64,000 bases of DNA from positions 8,089,751 to 8,153,750 of the forward strand of contig OZ037773.1 in assembly GCA_964035545.1 (NCBI GenBank). The letters are read 5' to 3'. The translations under genes were made by a program, and so were the position numbers. Each line of letters starts with the position of its first letter. Position 1 is the stretch's first letter. The notes beneath the pieces are model-generated. The model was not told the origin of the DNA, searched no databases, and saw nothing but the letters and a program-made list of their open reading frames with translations. The DNA comes from Bugula neritina (taxonomy: Eukaryota; Animalia; Bryozoa). Below, piece after piece: positions 38,964 to 52,207 of the stretch.

Positions 38964-41900
38964 TCAGAACAACTTAGACCTTCGTCGCTGTCTACGACGC
39001 CTGTTGGCTCTTCGTGAAAGCCTACCATTAAGTTTCTGGTTTTGTCTTCTCCTGCGATTCTGCCTCCTTCTGGATTGAGTCTGCTGCTGCTGCTTTCTTC
39101 TATTAGAATGTTGATTCAACTGCTGGTTTAGCTGGTCAGTATTACGAATATTACTCCCTCCGTATGAGCCAGCTCTCCATTTTGTCAGATCAATTCTTGG
39201 GATATTTTTGCAGTTGATTGTAGGATTACTAAAACACCATATGACATTTCACATTGCTTCTTATTGATCAATAATACTCTGTATATTCTAAGCGTTTAAT
39301 TATATATGGATTAAGAATATAATTAATTTAGGGCATATAATGTGCAAAAAAAATCTTAAATCGATAGCTAGTTGTGAAAATTTAGTGTCTAGAAGTCATC
39401 ATTAAAACTTTGCGTCTAAACAAATCAATCATCTGTCAGGTTAAATTATTGAACATAATTAATTTCTTCTGTAGCACTGAACAGAAACTTGGAAATTATT
39501 GCAAAACTTAGTCGGCTAAGACTGATATGGAAATGCCTTCTAATAAATTATGTGTGCATATAAAATATGTCAATTGCTTTCATCTAAGCAGCTGCAACAA
39601 GCAATTGCAATTAGTCAATTCTCTCTCTCTCACACGCACGCACGCACGCACACACGCACGCACACACGCACGCACGTCTTTTATAAATGCACTACACAGA
39701 TGCTATAATTTGATATTGAAGAAATGTACCTGGAACTTTGTAGAAGAAACAGCTTCCTTCTCACTTGAGCACCTGGCACATTGTCGCAATAAATGGCTGC
39801 TAAAGAAATTTTCCTGATTTCTTGGAGTTGGTCTAAAATATCAAAACACATTTATTTACATTATTATCATGCAGGATCAGAAAGCTTGCAATATATAGAT
39901 TGTGTTTTGCAAATGCCATTAGGTAGTTCTAGTTCTACAGGTAAACGGTAGGATTGAATTTACTTGCAAAGTAAAACCCCTTGACAACTGCTATATAAAG
40001 AAAAATTGGTTTTCACAACTTGACTAAGTTATCATTATATCGAACTTATTAAACATTTTATTTTTGTATAGTTTACAAAAATAATGTAAAGTGAAATTTG
40101 AAAAACTTGAAAAACAGATTTAATGTTATTGGAGCCAAATTATTTTCTATAACCATGTATAGTAATTATAAACTTGGTTTAGTAGAAATAGCAATTATCA
40201 CCCCAATGGAATAACAATTAGGAAAGTGACACCTTCTAATGGTTTTTAGATTAAAATTAAAGTAATCTTAGATAAGCAGGGACATAAGGTGATACAATAT
40301 TACGTATACTTTAGCTTTTTCACCTAATCTAGCTATTAATTTTAACATTAGGCAAATATTACCTCCGATCTGTATTTTAATTATATTGCAATAATGCCTT
40401 AAATTAGACTGAAACGCTATAATGTGTTAATTAACATACCATCAGTGAATCCAACAAACTCATCAGGAGTTTCATGCCAAAATCTGTCTCCGTATTTCAG
40501 CTGATGGAACTGTTTGCCGATGATGTGACCGAATGTCTCCCCAACCACTCCGCCTTCCAACACCAGCTCAGAGAGACCTGGCAGGAGAGTAAGAGGTTCT
40601 AGCTCATGTGACATGTGACATTTATTATAAGACATGTGAAATACATCATGTGACATGTGACATGTGAGATCTCTTATTTGACATTTGAGATGCATTACGT
40701 CACATGCATCGTGTGACATGATGCATGTGACATTTGACAATCATTGGGTATTATACCACGTATGCCATGTGACATGTGCCGTGTGACAGTAAGTCTCTGT
40801 CATGAAAAATCTTGTCCTCTGTGCATAATTGTTTAAGCCATTTGCAATTTTCTATTTTCTGCTTGACATTTATTGCTTTGGTTTTATTATGACCATTATT
40901 ACAATACGTTACACTATCACTGGTACAATAAAGAAATTCAAATCAAATATCAGACCACCAATGTCATGGTCATTATCCAGCTTGTATTATGCAGCTGAAA
41001 GAGTGGTAATTTTGTTCTTGTTTAAATAAATCAATCATATTTGGACAAAATGCTTAATTAACAAAAAACCTCTAAGAATGAAAATTCTAAATTAATTTGA
41101 AATATAGCATCCCATTCTTAGGTTAGTAGAACTTTTTACATGATAGTTTTCAGCTCTTTTAGTTATGACTGTAATCTTTAGAATCTCTGAACTGTGAACT
41201 TTTTCAAATTTCGTTATGCTGCTAAAATTACGTTGCTAGTTATTTATAGACATATCAGTATAGGCATTTACCTCCAGGAAATCCTTCTATATCTTCAGGA
41301 TGTGGGTACACTTTCTTTAGGTCATTAACCACATCAAATGGGTGAGTTACCCCAGCCATATACTCATATTGGACCACCGGTGGTAGATGTAGGCTTCGTC
41401 TATCAAGTAATGCATACAAGAGTTGGTTATGCAAGACAGGTATTAAACTTAATCTTTTAATTTTGTTGAGTATGTTTTGTGTGTAATAAATTCATTTATA
41501 TAAATAGCTTATGTAGAATTAGGTTTATGTATAGATATTATTGAAAATAGAAAATATATTTTGTTCCTATATACTCGTATGTATACATTGAGTTAGCATA
41601 TAGCTATTTCAAGTGCTCATTGTTTATATTAAGTCATGGCAGAGCTATTTCAAATACTCAAATGTCTATACTATGGCAAGATCAACTACTTCTACAAGCA
41701 CAATGAGTCACCAGATTTCTATAGTCTTGGTTCTCTGTCGACCCCCCTTTGCCCCATTGACTAGTATACCCCTGTCTGCTGTAGATATAGCCCTGTTGAG
41801 ATTTCTGAGTGAATCCATTTAAAGTAACAGCAATGGGAATTATAGCATACAAACACAACATGGCAAACTTAGCATACCTGATGTTATTATAACTGTCCAT

Positions 41901-44900
41901 CCCATGGTCTCTGCCTCTCTGTATGTTAAATGCCTGCAGGTCTGCCTCATCCCCAAACAGTTTGTCTCGTAGCTGCATTAAGAACACAGTCTTATTATTT
42001 ATAGCATTACACTATAGTTCTTTAAGTTGCAAAGTAACAAAGGCTTTAGGCTGCTTTAAAAAGTAACATATTATATTCTACATAAAGGGTTTTAGTATAA
42101 TGTATAAATTTGGAATAAAACAGAAGTTTAAGGTTTTTATCAGTGGTAGAACAATATAAGATGTAAATATTTTGTTCCATTATTTCAACCAACCCAGAAG
42201 TAATAGAATATTTTTATATTAACTTTGGAGTTATCATCACTCTCAAATCAGTGTTTGCATGCGTATAACTATAGACTATATATGCTGACTAACCCCCATT
42301 GTAACAAATCTCTCACAAGATTCCATGGGATCTCTAGTTATTCCTTTCATAAAACCATCAATGCCTGGCAATACACACATGCACACATGATATAATAATG
42401 TTAGTGTGATACACCCATAAGGTATATACTGCGCATGATACTATAAAAAGTATGTTGTAAATATAGTACATTTATTCAAAAGTAAAAATGCTAGTCATTT
42501 TAAGTACACATTTTTTCATTTGGATTAGTATTTTTTAGAAATCGCAGAATTTATTTCCATTGACATGTAATATGAATGTTTGTAATTAGGGTAGTGCTTG
42601 CATGCAGTTGTAACCTAATGTTATTTCTAAAAAGACCTAGTAGCATTTTGAGAAAATATTAGTCATAAACTGGATCACGCATTAAATTTTTATACATAGT
42701 CATATGTTATATAAGGCATCAGAATTAGGGCTATAAATTAAATTCGTTCTCACAATATTTAATATCTGTGAGCTCAGATAACAACAAATAAAAATAGCTG
42801 TGGGTACTTTAGCATCGAATAATACAGCTTCTGTTGACCAATAAAGCGTGACAGATTACAAGCTATGCAAATGACAGACAACTCCCAAACCTACAACCTA
42901 CCATACTTATGGGTTGTTTTAAAGGAATCAAACATCTCCTCCAAGTCTGTCTGCTGGGATGCCGAGTGAGAGAACATCTGTCGGACCAGAGAGTGACCAA
43001 ACCGGAATGCTGCCGTACTAAACTCCATCCTGTAAGTCAGCATACAGTGGATGATTATACTCAGCTTTGGAAAGTTTTAAATGCATTAGTAAGATTTGTC
43101 TTTCCATGACATAGATAGAGTAACTCTGGTTTACCAATTGTATTAATATTGTTTCTAAATTAACATAAGCAACTGTTTCCTTAGTGTTTAAAATAACTAG
43201 CACCAGTTTATAGTGACTATTCCTGTGAGAATCACTGAAACTTTCTTTTTAACGAGTTAAAAAAATTTTCTAAAATGGCACAATTGAGCAATTTCAAGTG
43301 AATGCTCTTTCTAACATCACCGCTGAACTCGTGTTTACTAGATCAGCACTTTAGCCTCTTCCAATGTTTGAAAGTTGAAATAAATGTTACTCACAGCACA
43401 GAAGGATCGGCATCTTCAGAATAGCCTTGGAACCTGCCATGCTCTCTCAGAGAGAGACCATAGAACCGCATCAACCTTGGACCAATGATTAGCGGTAAGA
43501 ACTCTCCGTAAACCAGCCTCTGCATCATGCCAATCATGATCTTTCTTGCTGTCTGCAATTGCATGACTTCCATTATGACATCATGCTATATAGTCACATG
43601 ACTTCCACTATGACATTATGCTATATGGTCACATGACTTCCATTATGACATCATGCTATATGGTCACATGACTTCCATTATGACATCATGCTATATGGTC
43701 ACATGACTTCCACTATTACAAGTTTATGATTACATGACTTAAACTATTATAATATCATATCATGTGACGACTTTTGTACGGTGCAACATGTGTGTGGAAA
43801 GATTTTGAGAACAGCTTGCATTGCAATAATAATATAAGAATATAAAAGCCTTATTTTTTGTGATGCACCACTGGAGGAAGGAATTACAGTTTACTCATAA
43901 CCACTCTTTGTTAATTAAGCAAAATCTTATTGATTAAAAAACACAATGCATCTGACAATTTGCGCTACATTTTCTTTTTATTACTGTGTAGTTAGGTTGA
44001 GACATACTTGGTAGAGTTCTTCATCCACCCAACCAGGGTTTAGTTTGGCGAGTTCCACAGCTATGCGGTTATGTTCTCTAAGGAAGAGAGTGTGTACACT
44101 GGTCAGCCCAGCTGTAACAAAACATGACACTAATTAATATATATATTATACGAAGTATATAATATATATACTCAGTTATATATCATATACAGCACATATA
44201 CTCAGTTATATATTATATACAGTACATATACCCAGTAATATATACATATATTATATACAGTACATATACTCAGTTATATATTATATACAGTACATATACT
44301 CAGTCAAATAGTATGTACCATATACAGTACATATATTATATACAGTACATATATTATATACAGTACATATATTATATACAGTACATATACCCATCTATAT
44401 ATATATTATATACAGTACATATACTCAGTCATATATCATAGACAGTACATATACTCAGTTATATATTATATACAGTACATATACTCAGTCATATATCATA
44501 TACAGCACATATACCCATCTATATATTATATACAGTACATATACTCAGTAATATATCACAGACAGCACATATATTATATACAGTACATATACTCAGTTAT
44601 ATATTATCATATACAGTACATATATTATATACAGTACATACTATACAATGACTTACCTTGCTCACTACTTCTGACGTCCCCGGCAGCAAATTGACACTCA
44701 GCCCGTGCTGCCAGACAGTTTTTAGGGTTGTCTTTCTCTTGGGGAAGTAACTCCTCTCCCTTCACACGCTGAAACATGAAACTTCAGCATCAGTATAATG
44801 TTATATATATTTGACACGAACAACACCTGGTATAGCTCTTCTATATTTATTATAACAATAATGTTATTCACTGGTATTAGAATGGTTTTAAATGCATGAA

Positions 44901-47900
44901 TATGTATGAATTTTCTGCCAGTTGTGCATATCATGTAATAATAATTATGACATGAGAGGACAATTTCTTCAGTATTTTGATTACAATAAATTCAATGATG
45001 CGCTACATGCAGATTGATGAATCAATGTTATTTCAAAAGATATAACTTTTTGCTGCAGCTTTTGAATTTCCTGCAGTTGATTAAAAAATAACTAAACTAA
45101 ATACTGCATAATTATAGTCATTCAAAAAAAGTCATTTGCCCTCTAATGAAATAGTAACTTACATTAGACTTGAGTTTTCCTCCAACATAACTTCTTAGCA
45201 CCGCTGCCTTCAGTTTGGTGCTGCCATAGATTTGTGATGCATCAATAAACGCTGTCAAGTCATTCAACTGGAATCTGATGGCTGCAATTTATCAGATTAG
45301 GAAATTATATCACTCGAACAGACAATATAAGAACATCAATAATCGAACAAAAAAATTCTTTATGAAATATTGTGCACACATTTTATGCATATTATATAAT
45401 TAAATAAAAATCATTGGTTCATAGTAAGCAACTTCCATACAACGTGTAAGTTTTATTAGGTAGCTTTAAAGTGGTAAGTTTCCCAAATAGGACAAAACAG
45501 AGATATACATGTAGGTGAGGAAATAAAGTGTAAATTAGGCAAACTACATAGCCTAATAATAAAATAATGGTGAATCTAAAATAAATTATATTATTTGTCA
45601 CTAAGTTGTACCTTCAGAGCCGGGGAAACCGGGTACTGCTGCAGATCTTAAAAAAGGCACACACGTTCTCTTAAAGATAGGGTCATGAGGAGTGAATATG
45701 GGGAAACAGTCCTTTAGGTTCTCTTTAGCATAATCTTCTGGAGAAGTCTTGCAGCACTGCTTCCTAAAAGTTGTAGAACGCAGCAAATAAAAAATAGATT
45801 CTACTGCAACATACCAACTTTGTAAAGCTGATTTACTTGTACTAGATAAGCAAGATGGCCCCCTGGTGTGTGTACGAATATCTTTAGCTATAGCTTATAT
45901 GTAGTATGAAAACCTGCACAAATATTTTTCAATTAAATGAGTAATTTTTCTAACATGAAACAATTTAGAATGTCTAAATTCTAGGCATTTTATGCGCTTA
46001 GGCTTGACATTTTTTATTAGAACTGAAATGCAACCACTTGCAACAACTTGTTTTTTGCATATTTGTTTGGGTGTTTATGTGTCTGCCTATTTATAGTATT
46101 AGCAATGAAATATGCAAGTGGAAGTTCACTGCAATAAACAATAATCCTTCAGTCTCAAAGTGCACTGATAGAAAGGATCTCGTTTACCAAGTGTCACTTT
46201 CAGCTCTTACTACCAAATCTATGATCATTGCTAGCCCTATGATGCTCTGACTCATAGACTTTCTAATATATTAGAATTAACACGTAAAGTCATTAAACTT
46301 TAGGTAAAGAGAATCAGCTTTTCAGAGTAAACCTTGAAGCAATCTGACTATAAACTATCAAAACCCTACAGCAGAATGCGTTGAATTAAAGAACATTACT
46401 ATTTAACAAAGTTTGGTGAGAGGAAGCATAACTCCATAATAAAGTAAGAAGTGGATAGAATTCTTACTTCTCAGCTTCCTGTCCTCCTTCGCCTCCTGAC
46501 TCCGGTGACAGCGTGATGTCGTGGTCGACAAATTGGCCGAAGTTCATCAGCAGATGTGAGAAGGTATTGCTGATGTTGCTCTGAGTCTTGATAACGCTGA
46601 GGGAGACTTTCCGAGCTGTTGGCAAGTCTCCAGGTGAGTAGAAGTAGGTAGTTCTTGGTGTATTTACTCCTGTAACACATCGTTATTGTAAGACAGCTCT
46701 GTGTGTGTCAAATGTTATACTAGTCCAAGAGTTTATTAAACAGTATAACAGAGCTGGTAGCTGGGAAAGCCTGAGAGTATGTAGACATATAAAATATAAT
46801 ATACATATAATATCAACATATAAAAATACCTGCACACCTATCCATGCATAATATAGACATATAAATATGCATGGATACATAATATGTATACATGCATATT
46901 TATATATTATACATACATGATACATATAGACATATAACTAGACATATATATATCTACATAAGCATATAGACATATATGCTTATGCATAGTATAGTCAAGT
47001 CATGTATCCATATATGCAGCTTAAAAATAATATTTACTTATCACACTTTAAATATATTAGCAAGTATTATTTGTACAGTGTTCAAGTGTTCAAGTGTAAC
47101 GATCATTACTCAAATTTATTACAAAATTACTATTGTATGCTCATGTTTAAAGGAATGTTTCTTGGTGGTAGGAACAATTTTTCAGGCTTAAATAAAGCGT
47201 TTGAATGCAGTTTAAATTGACAAGCCATTGGTTAAATATTTAAAAATTCAAACCAAAAATTTTTTAAGCTCTTGCTAGTCAATAGAATGCTTTTAGAGTT
47301 GTTTGCTAAAAAATACAGTATTCTAAAAGACTTTATTTGTGAAAAAATCAATGCCGTTCATCTTGATAATGTCATGAATATATAAATATTGAAGCATTTT
47401 CTATCAAATATGTAAAACATTGTAATTACCATCTTCATATGTGTTGAGGGTCATTCTTTGCAGGGGGGTCTTAGCAGCCCCTAGCCAGGGGTCGGGTATA
47501 TTGTTGCACGTCCCATCAATTGTCCTATACTTAGACCTAAAATTGCAGCTTGGGTCTGTTGCATAGGGGTTGTTGATATCTAAAAATTTCAAGAGCACTA
47601 ATTGAATATAAAAATTAAATTTTAAAAAAATGAACTTAATTTATAGGCTGATTTGATTTAATTGCTTCATTAAGCATTAATTTCAAGTGGTAAATACTGA
47701 AGCAATAAAAGTTTGAAGCAATCAAATGCTGAAGAGAGTTTATTATATTTATCTCCAAATTAGAGTTTAGTTTCTTTGAATAACTGCGAAGTAAAAAAGT
47801 AATTGCTGTTATATTGCTGCTTGCAGATACACGGATAACTCTCCTAAAGTTTACTTACCCAAACCTCCAGTTCTTGGGTTTCTAAAACAAAATAAGAACC

Positions 47901-48733
47901 CAGTTGTTAATCGAGGCTTTAAATATCTACTTTCTCAATTTTTAGATGCATTTTGGTAAAATTTAGTTTTATAATATTTACATAAACAGAGCTGTTGGGA
48001 GCATAAACATTTTTACTGAGCTGGTTTATGCTTGTGAGAGTAAGCATAATATAAAATTTAGGCAGCTAGTATTTGTTTTTTTATTCTAAGTACAATTATA
48101 TATTAAATTTTGAATCTGGTTATAAAATATTTCAAAATCAATAATATAATAAAATTTTAATGTAATTTGCAAACTTTTTATAAAATCTATTTTGGGTACC
48201 TAATTTGTTTCTTACATTAACAAAATATTTACTTTACATTATGCAGCTTACGCTTGGACTATAACAGTAAATGAAATAATAATTTTTTTAAAAACATCTA
48301 TGTATGTATCAATGTGTGAGTGTTGCCAAGAGTGAAATATTTATTTAATCACCCCAAATAGAAAAAGTTAAAATACTATCTGAAGCTATTATTAATTAAA
48401 ATGTGAGTATAAAATAAATTTCATTATTGCAATTAAAATATTTTTGAAAATAAAATGAAGAACTCTGTAACAGTCTTTTTCCAAATAATTGAATAACAAA
48501 AATATTGCGCCGACACAATTTGATGTTATGTAACAAAGCAAGAAGTATTTTAGGCAAAAAGCAATAGTAACCTACCCACTCTTGAGTACCCTCTCAAACA
48601 CTCTGTCCAGATTCTTCAGAGATAAGGCATTGTTGTCTGGTTTATTGACTGTCAGGTGGACACTGTGTCGGTACTCCAAATCTCTGCCCCTGAAAATATG
48701 CAACCGCATTTATAGGGTCTAAGTCTATAGCTG

Positions 48734-48809
<76 letters not shown>

Positions 48810-48814
48810 TTATA

Positions 48815-48867
<53 letters not shown>

Positions 48868-48877
48868 ATATATATTT

Positions 48878-48910
<33 letters not shown>

Positions 48911-49075
48911 TATATTACTATAATAGTATATTTGGTGTGTTCATCAGATAAATTATAGCTGGTCTAGTAACCATTAGATATTTTATTCTACTGATGACAA
49001 GTTCATACTGCATGTGACTCACCATACAGTAAGAGCAAACAGCACCATCAGCCATGTTGTCTCAAGTCCCTTCAT
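38964..49075 (-). CDS. Secreted animal heme peroxidase, paralog C, 17 exons, ~704 aa, Arg/Gln-rich basic C-terminal tail
   Basis: Exons: 49023-49075, 48576-48689, 47859-47881, 47430-47579, 46468-46669, 45612-45763, 45163-45281, 44657-44768, 44008-44111, 43395-43552, 42902-43029, 42294-42364, 41878-41972, 41272-41399, 40440-40577, 39730-39832, 38964-39228. Total 2115 nt, open frame. Signal peptide [19 protein letters not shown]. Motifs: [62 protein letters not shown]. Confidence 0.94.
39620..39675. repeat. (CT)n/(CACG)n microsatellite
   Basis: Direct reading. Confidence 0.85.
40605..40790. repeat. Degenerate (CATGTGA)n repeat, gene C intron 14
   Basis: Many CATGTGA/ACATGTG units adjacent to the exon 15 acceptor. 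Confidence 0.75.
43562..43740. repeat. 35-bp tandem repeat (~4.5 copies), gene C intron 9
   Basis: CATGACTTCCATTATGACATCATGCTATATGGTCA units starting at 43562, 43597, 43632, 43667 and 43702. Confidence 0.9.
44140..44645. repeat. AT-rich minisatellite filling gene C intron 8
   Basis: ATATACAGTACATAT(ACTCAGTTATAT)ATT units of ~18-30 bp. Confidence 0.9.
48736..48913. repeat. (TA)n microsatellite, gene C intron 1
   Basis: Direct reading. Confidence 0.95.
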
Positions 49076-49183
49076 ACTTTTCACACTTCAAACGCAAGAA
49101 ACTTTTATCCAAAGAGTTTAAAACAAGAACTTCATTCACCAACTGTTTGGTCAGCTGTGAGTGCATTGACTTTACCTTCTGGC

Positions 49184-49241
49184 TTTTATTTGGTGGAGAG
49201 CAATTTGCAACTATTCTCCACCCTTCAAATCAGCCAATCAG
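49184..49241 (-). promoter_or_regulatory. Probable proximal promoter of peroxidase C (CCAAT box, TATA-like AATAAAA)
   Basis: AGCCAATCAG (NF-Y consensus) at 49232-49241 and minus-strand AATAAAA at 49184-49190, about 110 nt upstream of the ATG. An 8-bp inverted repeat (GGTGGAGA/TCTCCACC) lies between them. Confidence 0.35.
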
Positions 49242-50275
49242 CTTTCTAAGAAATAGGGCATGACTTACTAAAACCTAGGAAGTGAGGCGTTAACAGGAGT
49301 CTAAATAATTAATTCTCTATTAACTTATGGTTACTCTCAAACCCTGATTCATCTATAATATCTCAGTAGAATAGGCTGGGTTTACTAAAATTGTAACACA
49401 AAATTAGTATTTGTTACAACACCACTGAGTTAGCTGGAGGGATTTAAGTTAGATCCCTACATTCTTTGCCAACATGAAACATTCTGAAACTTCCTTAGAA
49501 TATAGCCCAAGTTTTTTCATACAAAGGTTTATAGTATTACGGAGGTTGGTGACACTGCATCATTAATTCACAATAAATATTGTAAAACTTTCCTGAGTAG
49601 TTTTCTTATACCATTCTAAATGTAATCAAGGAAATATGGAAACAAAAAATATAATACATCACTTCAGCCGACTTAGCGCAATAAAGCTAATAGTAATTAT
49701 ATTATGAACGTCTGTTTCACTTCCTCAATTTGCCACCAATTGTTATTTTCCCAGAACTGGAACCGCACAATGAGCATTATTAATTATCACATGTTGCATT
49801 GGCTATTGAATCTGTAATGCTGCAATCTAACAGGAAAAAGATTCATAATACAATAAAGTATATGATATATTGTGTGACATGGTAATATGATATAGTAATA
49901 AATCATATAACATAGTCTTTGATATGGTAGTATTATATAGTAGTAGAGCATGTTATGCTATACAGTATAGTGTAGGATATCGCATTACAACCTAATAGTG
50001 TAGAATATAATATAGTGTTTGCTATAGGAATATGATAAAATATAGTGGTACAATATAGGCATGTTTAATGATAATTAGTAAAATTCAACTTTCAAAAGAA
50101 ATTCTGCAGCAGCAAAAGGCTTCATTATTTGTGTATAATGTATTTTTAATTATTTGACAACAAATCTAGAAAAATTCCTTTATAAATTATCCATAATAAT
50201 TATTATAGTGCATCAGGTAATTGAGCTCCTGGTGTTTAGACTTCAATTGACTTTAAGTTAACTGGAGTTATGAAG

Positions 50276-50565
50276 CTGACACATTCATACTGACACATTC
50301 AGACTGACACATTTATACTGACACATTCATACTGATACATACATACTGACACATACATATTGACACATTCATACTGACACATTCAGACTGACACATTTAT
50401 ACTGACACATTCATACTGATACATACATACTGACACATACATATTGACACATTCATACTGACACATTCAGACTGACACATTTATACTGACACATTCATAC
50501 TGATACATACATACTGACACATTCATACTAACACATTTATACTGACACATTCATGCTGATACATG
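50276..50565. repeat. 14-bp minisatellite (ACTGACACATTCAT)n with 84-bp higher-order period
   Basis: About 20 monomers; the variant order recurs every 6 monomers (50289, 50373, 50457). Confidence 0.9.
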
Positions 50566-51927
50566 CAGATCTACCATTGAATGTACAGCATAATGCTAGC
50601 TCTTCATATTGCTTATAAAGATCATTTATCTCAATAAGGAAGAAGTTATTTGTTAGACACACTGTAAAGTTTGAGTTTTGTAATAGCAGTGGTTATATAA
50701 CGGAAAACAATCAGTATAACTTTATAATCTCTCTCTACGTACTGATATACTAATAAATTAGCATATTGTCTCATAGTTGAAAATGTATATGAATGATAAA
50801 TTACATAATTAAGGTAGAGTAAACTGGTTGTAGAATGCAGAATATAGATTATATAGCACTTGCTGGAATAGAAATAGTGGATTATATAAGGCAGCGGCTG
50901 TAATAACCTATCCTATTATATCAATTATTCATGTTGTATACTGTGGGTTATTTTGTCTCATGATAGTAGGTGATTAAATCTTGTGACTTGAAAATGTGGG
51001 TAATGACTGGTTAATCCAATACGTAGGTATACGAATTAACACAATATACAAACTAATATACACTATGATTAGTTACCTTTATTAATCTGATTATTGTATC
51101 AATATAATTAATATATGTGTATTTAAGTCGTTCAGTAGCGCAGTGTGGTGTGTATATGACCTCCGAAACATGCTTCTATTAAAAAGTTGAAGATTAAACG
51201 ATGCCTGGTTTTTATCTCTAATGCAATGGCCACCTTGTATGCTATACAATTTAGGCTAAAATGGTACAAAAATTTGAGTTGTGTAAGAAAAATATTTTAT
51301 TAAAAAAGGCATAAGTACTGTCTAAGATTGAATACATATAGACAAAAATAACAACTAAGAGTATTATATCAAGTGGTGGGCAGTTTTTTTTGTGACTACG
51401 TCAAACTTGGTTAAACAGAAGCCAATTTTAAATAGTAAAGCGTTCATACAATAGCAATGCAATGTCTTGCGAGTCTATAGCAACAATATGCAATACCTTA
51501 CGAATTCACACAGTCTTTAGAACTACAGCAAATTCTCCAATCTATGACATCATCTAACTGTCAACTGCACCTCAAACCATCAGCTAGGTTTTGCAAGAAG
51601 TGAACGATTGAGACATCCAGATATATTAGAAGCCGCTCGATTGCTTTAAGCAAAAAGCTCACATTATGTCTAATGTTTTCACCTTCTACAATAACAAATT
51701 TTCCCTGTAAATGTCAAGCAGAAAACATAATGAAGAATTAATTTTACGACTATATGTTAGACAGGATGCCTAGAGAAATGCATAATGTTAATAAATAGAA
51801 ATAATGCTAGTCTAAATTCTCATTTGTTATCATATGTCATATTAAAACTGACTGACAAGTGCTAGAATACCTTAAATTTGCAATATGACAATATTTATAT
51901 CACCTTAAGATCGATGTGTATCTAGGT

Positions 51928-52207
<280 letters not shown>

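Noticed and set aside
6551-49075. Assigning gene symbols (PXDN, Pxt, TPO, MPO) or calling any paralog a pseudogene
   Set aside because: Accessory domains of PXDN and TPO are absent and orthology needs a phylogeny. All three spliced frames are open with catalytic residues intact.
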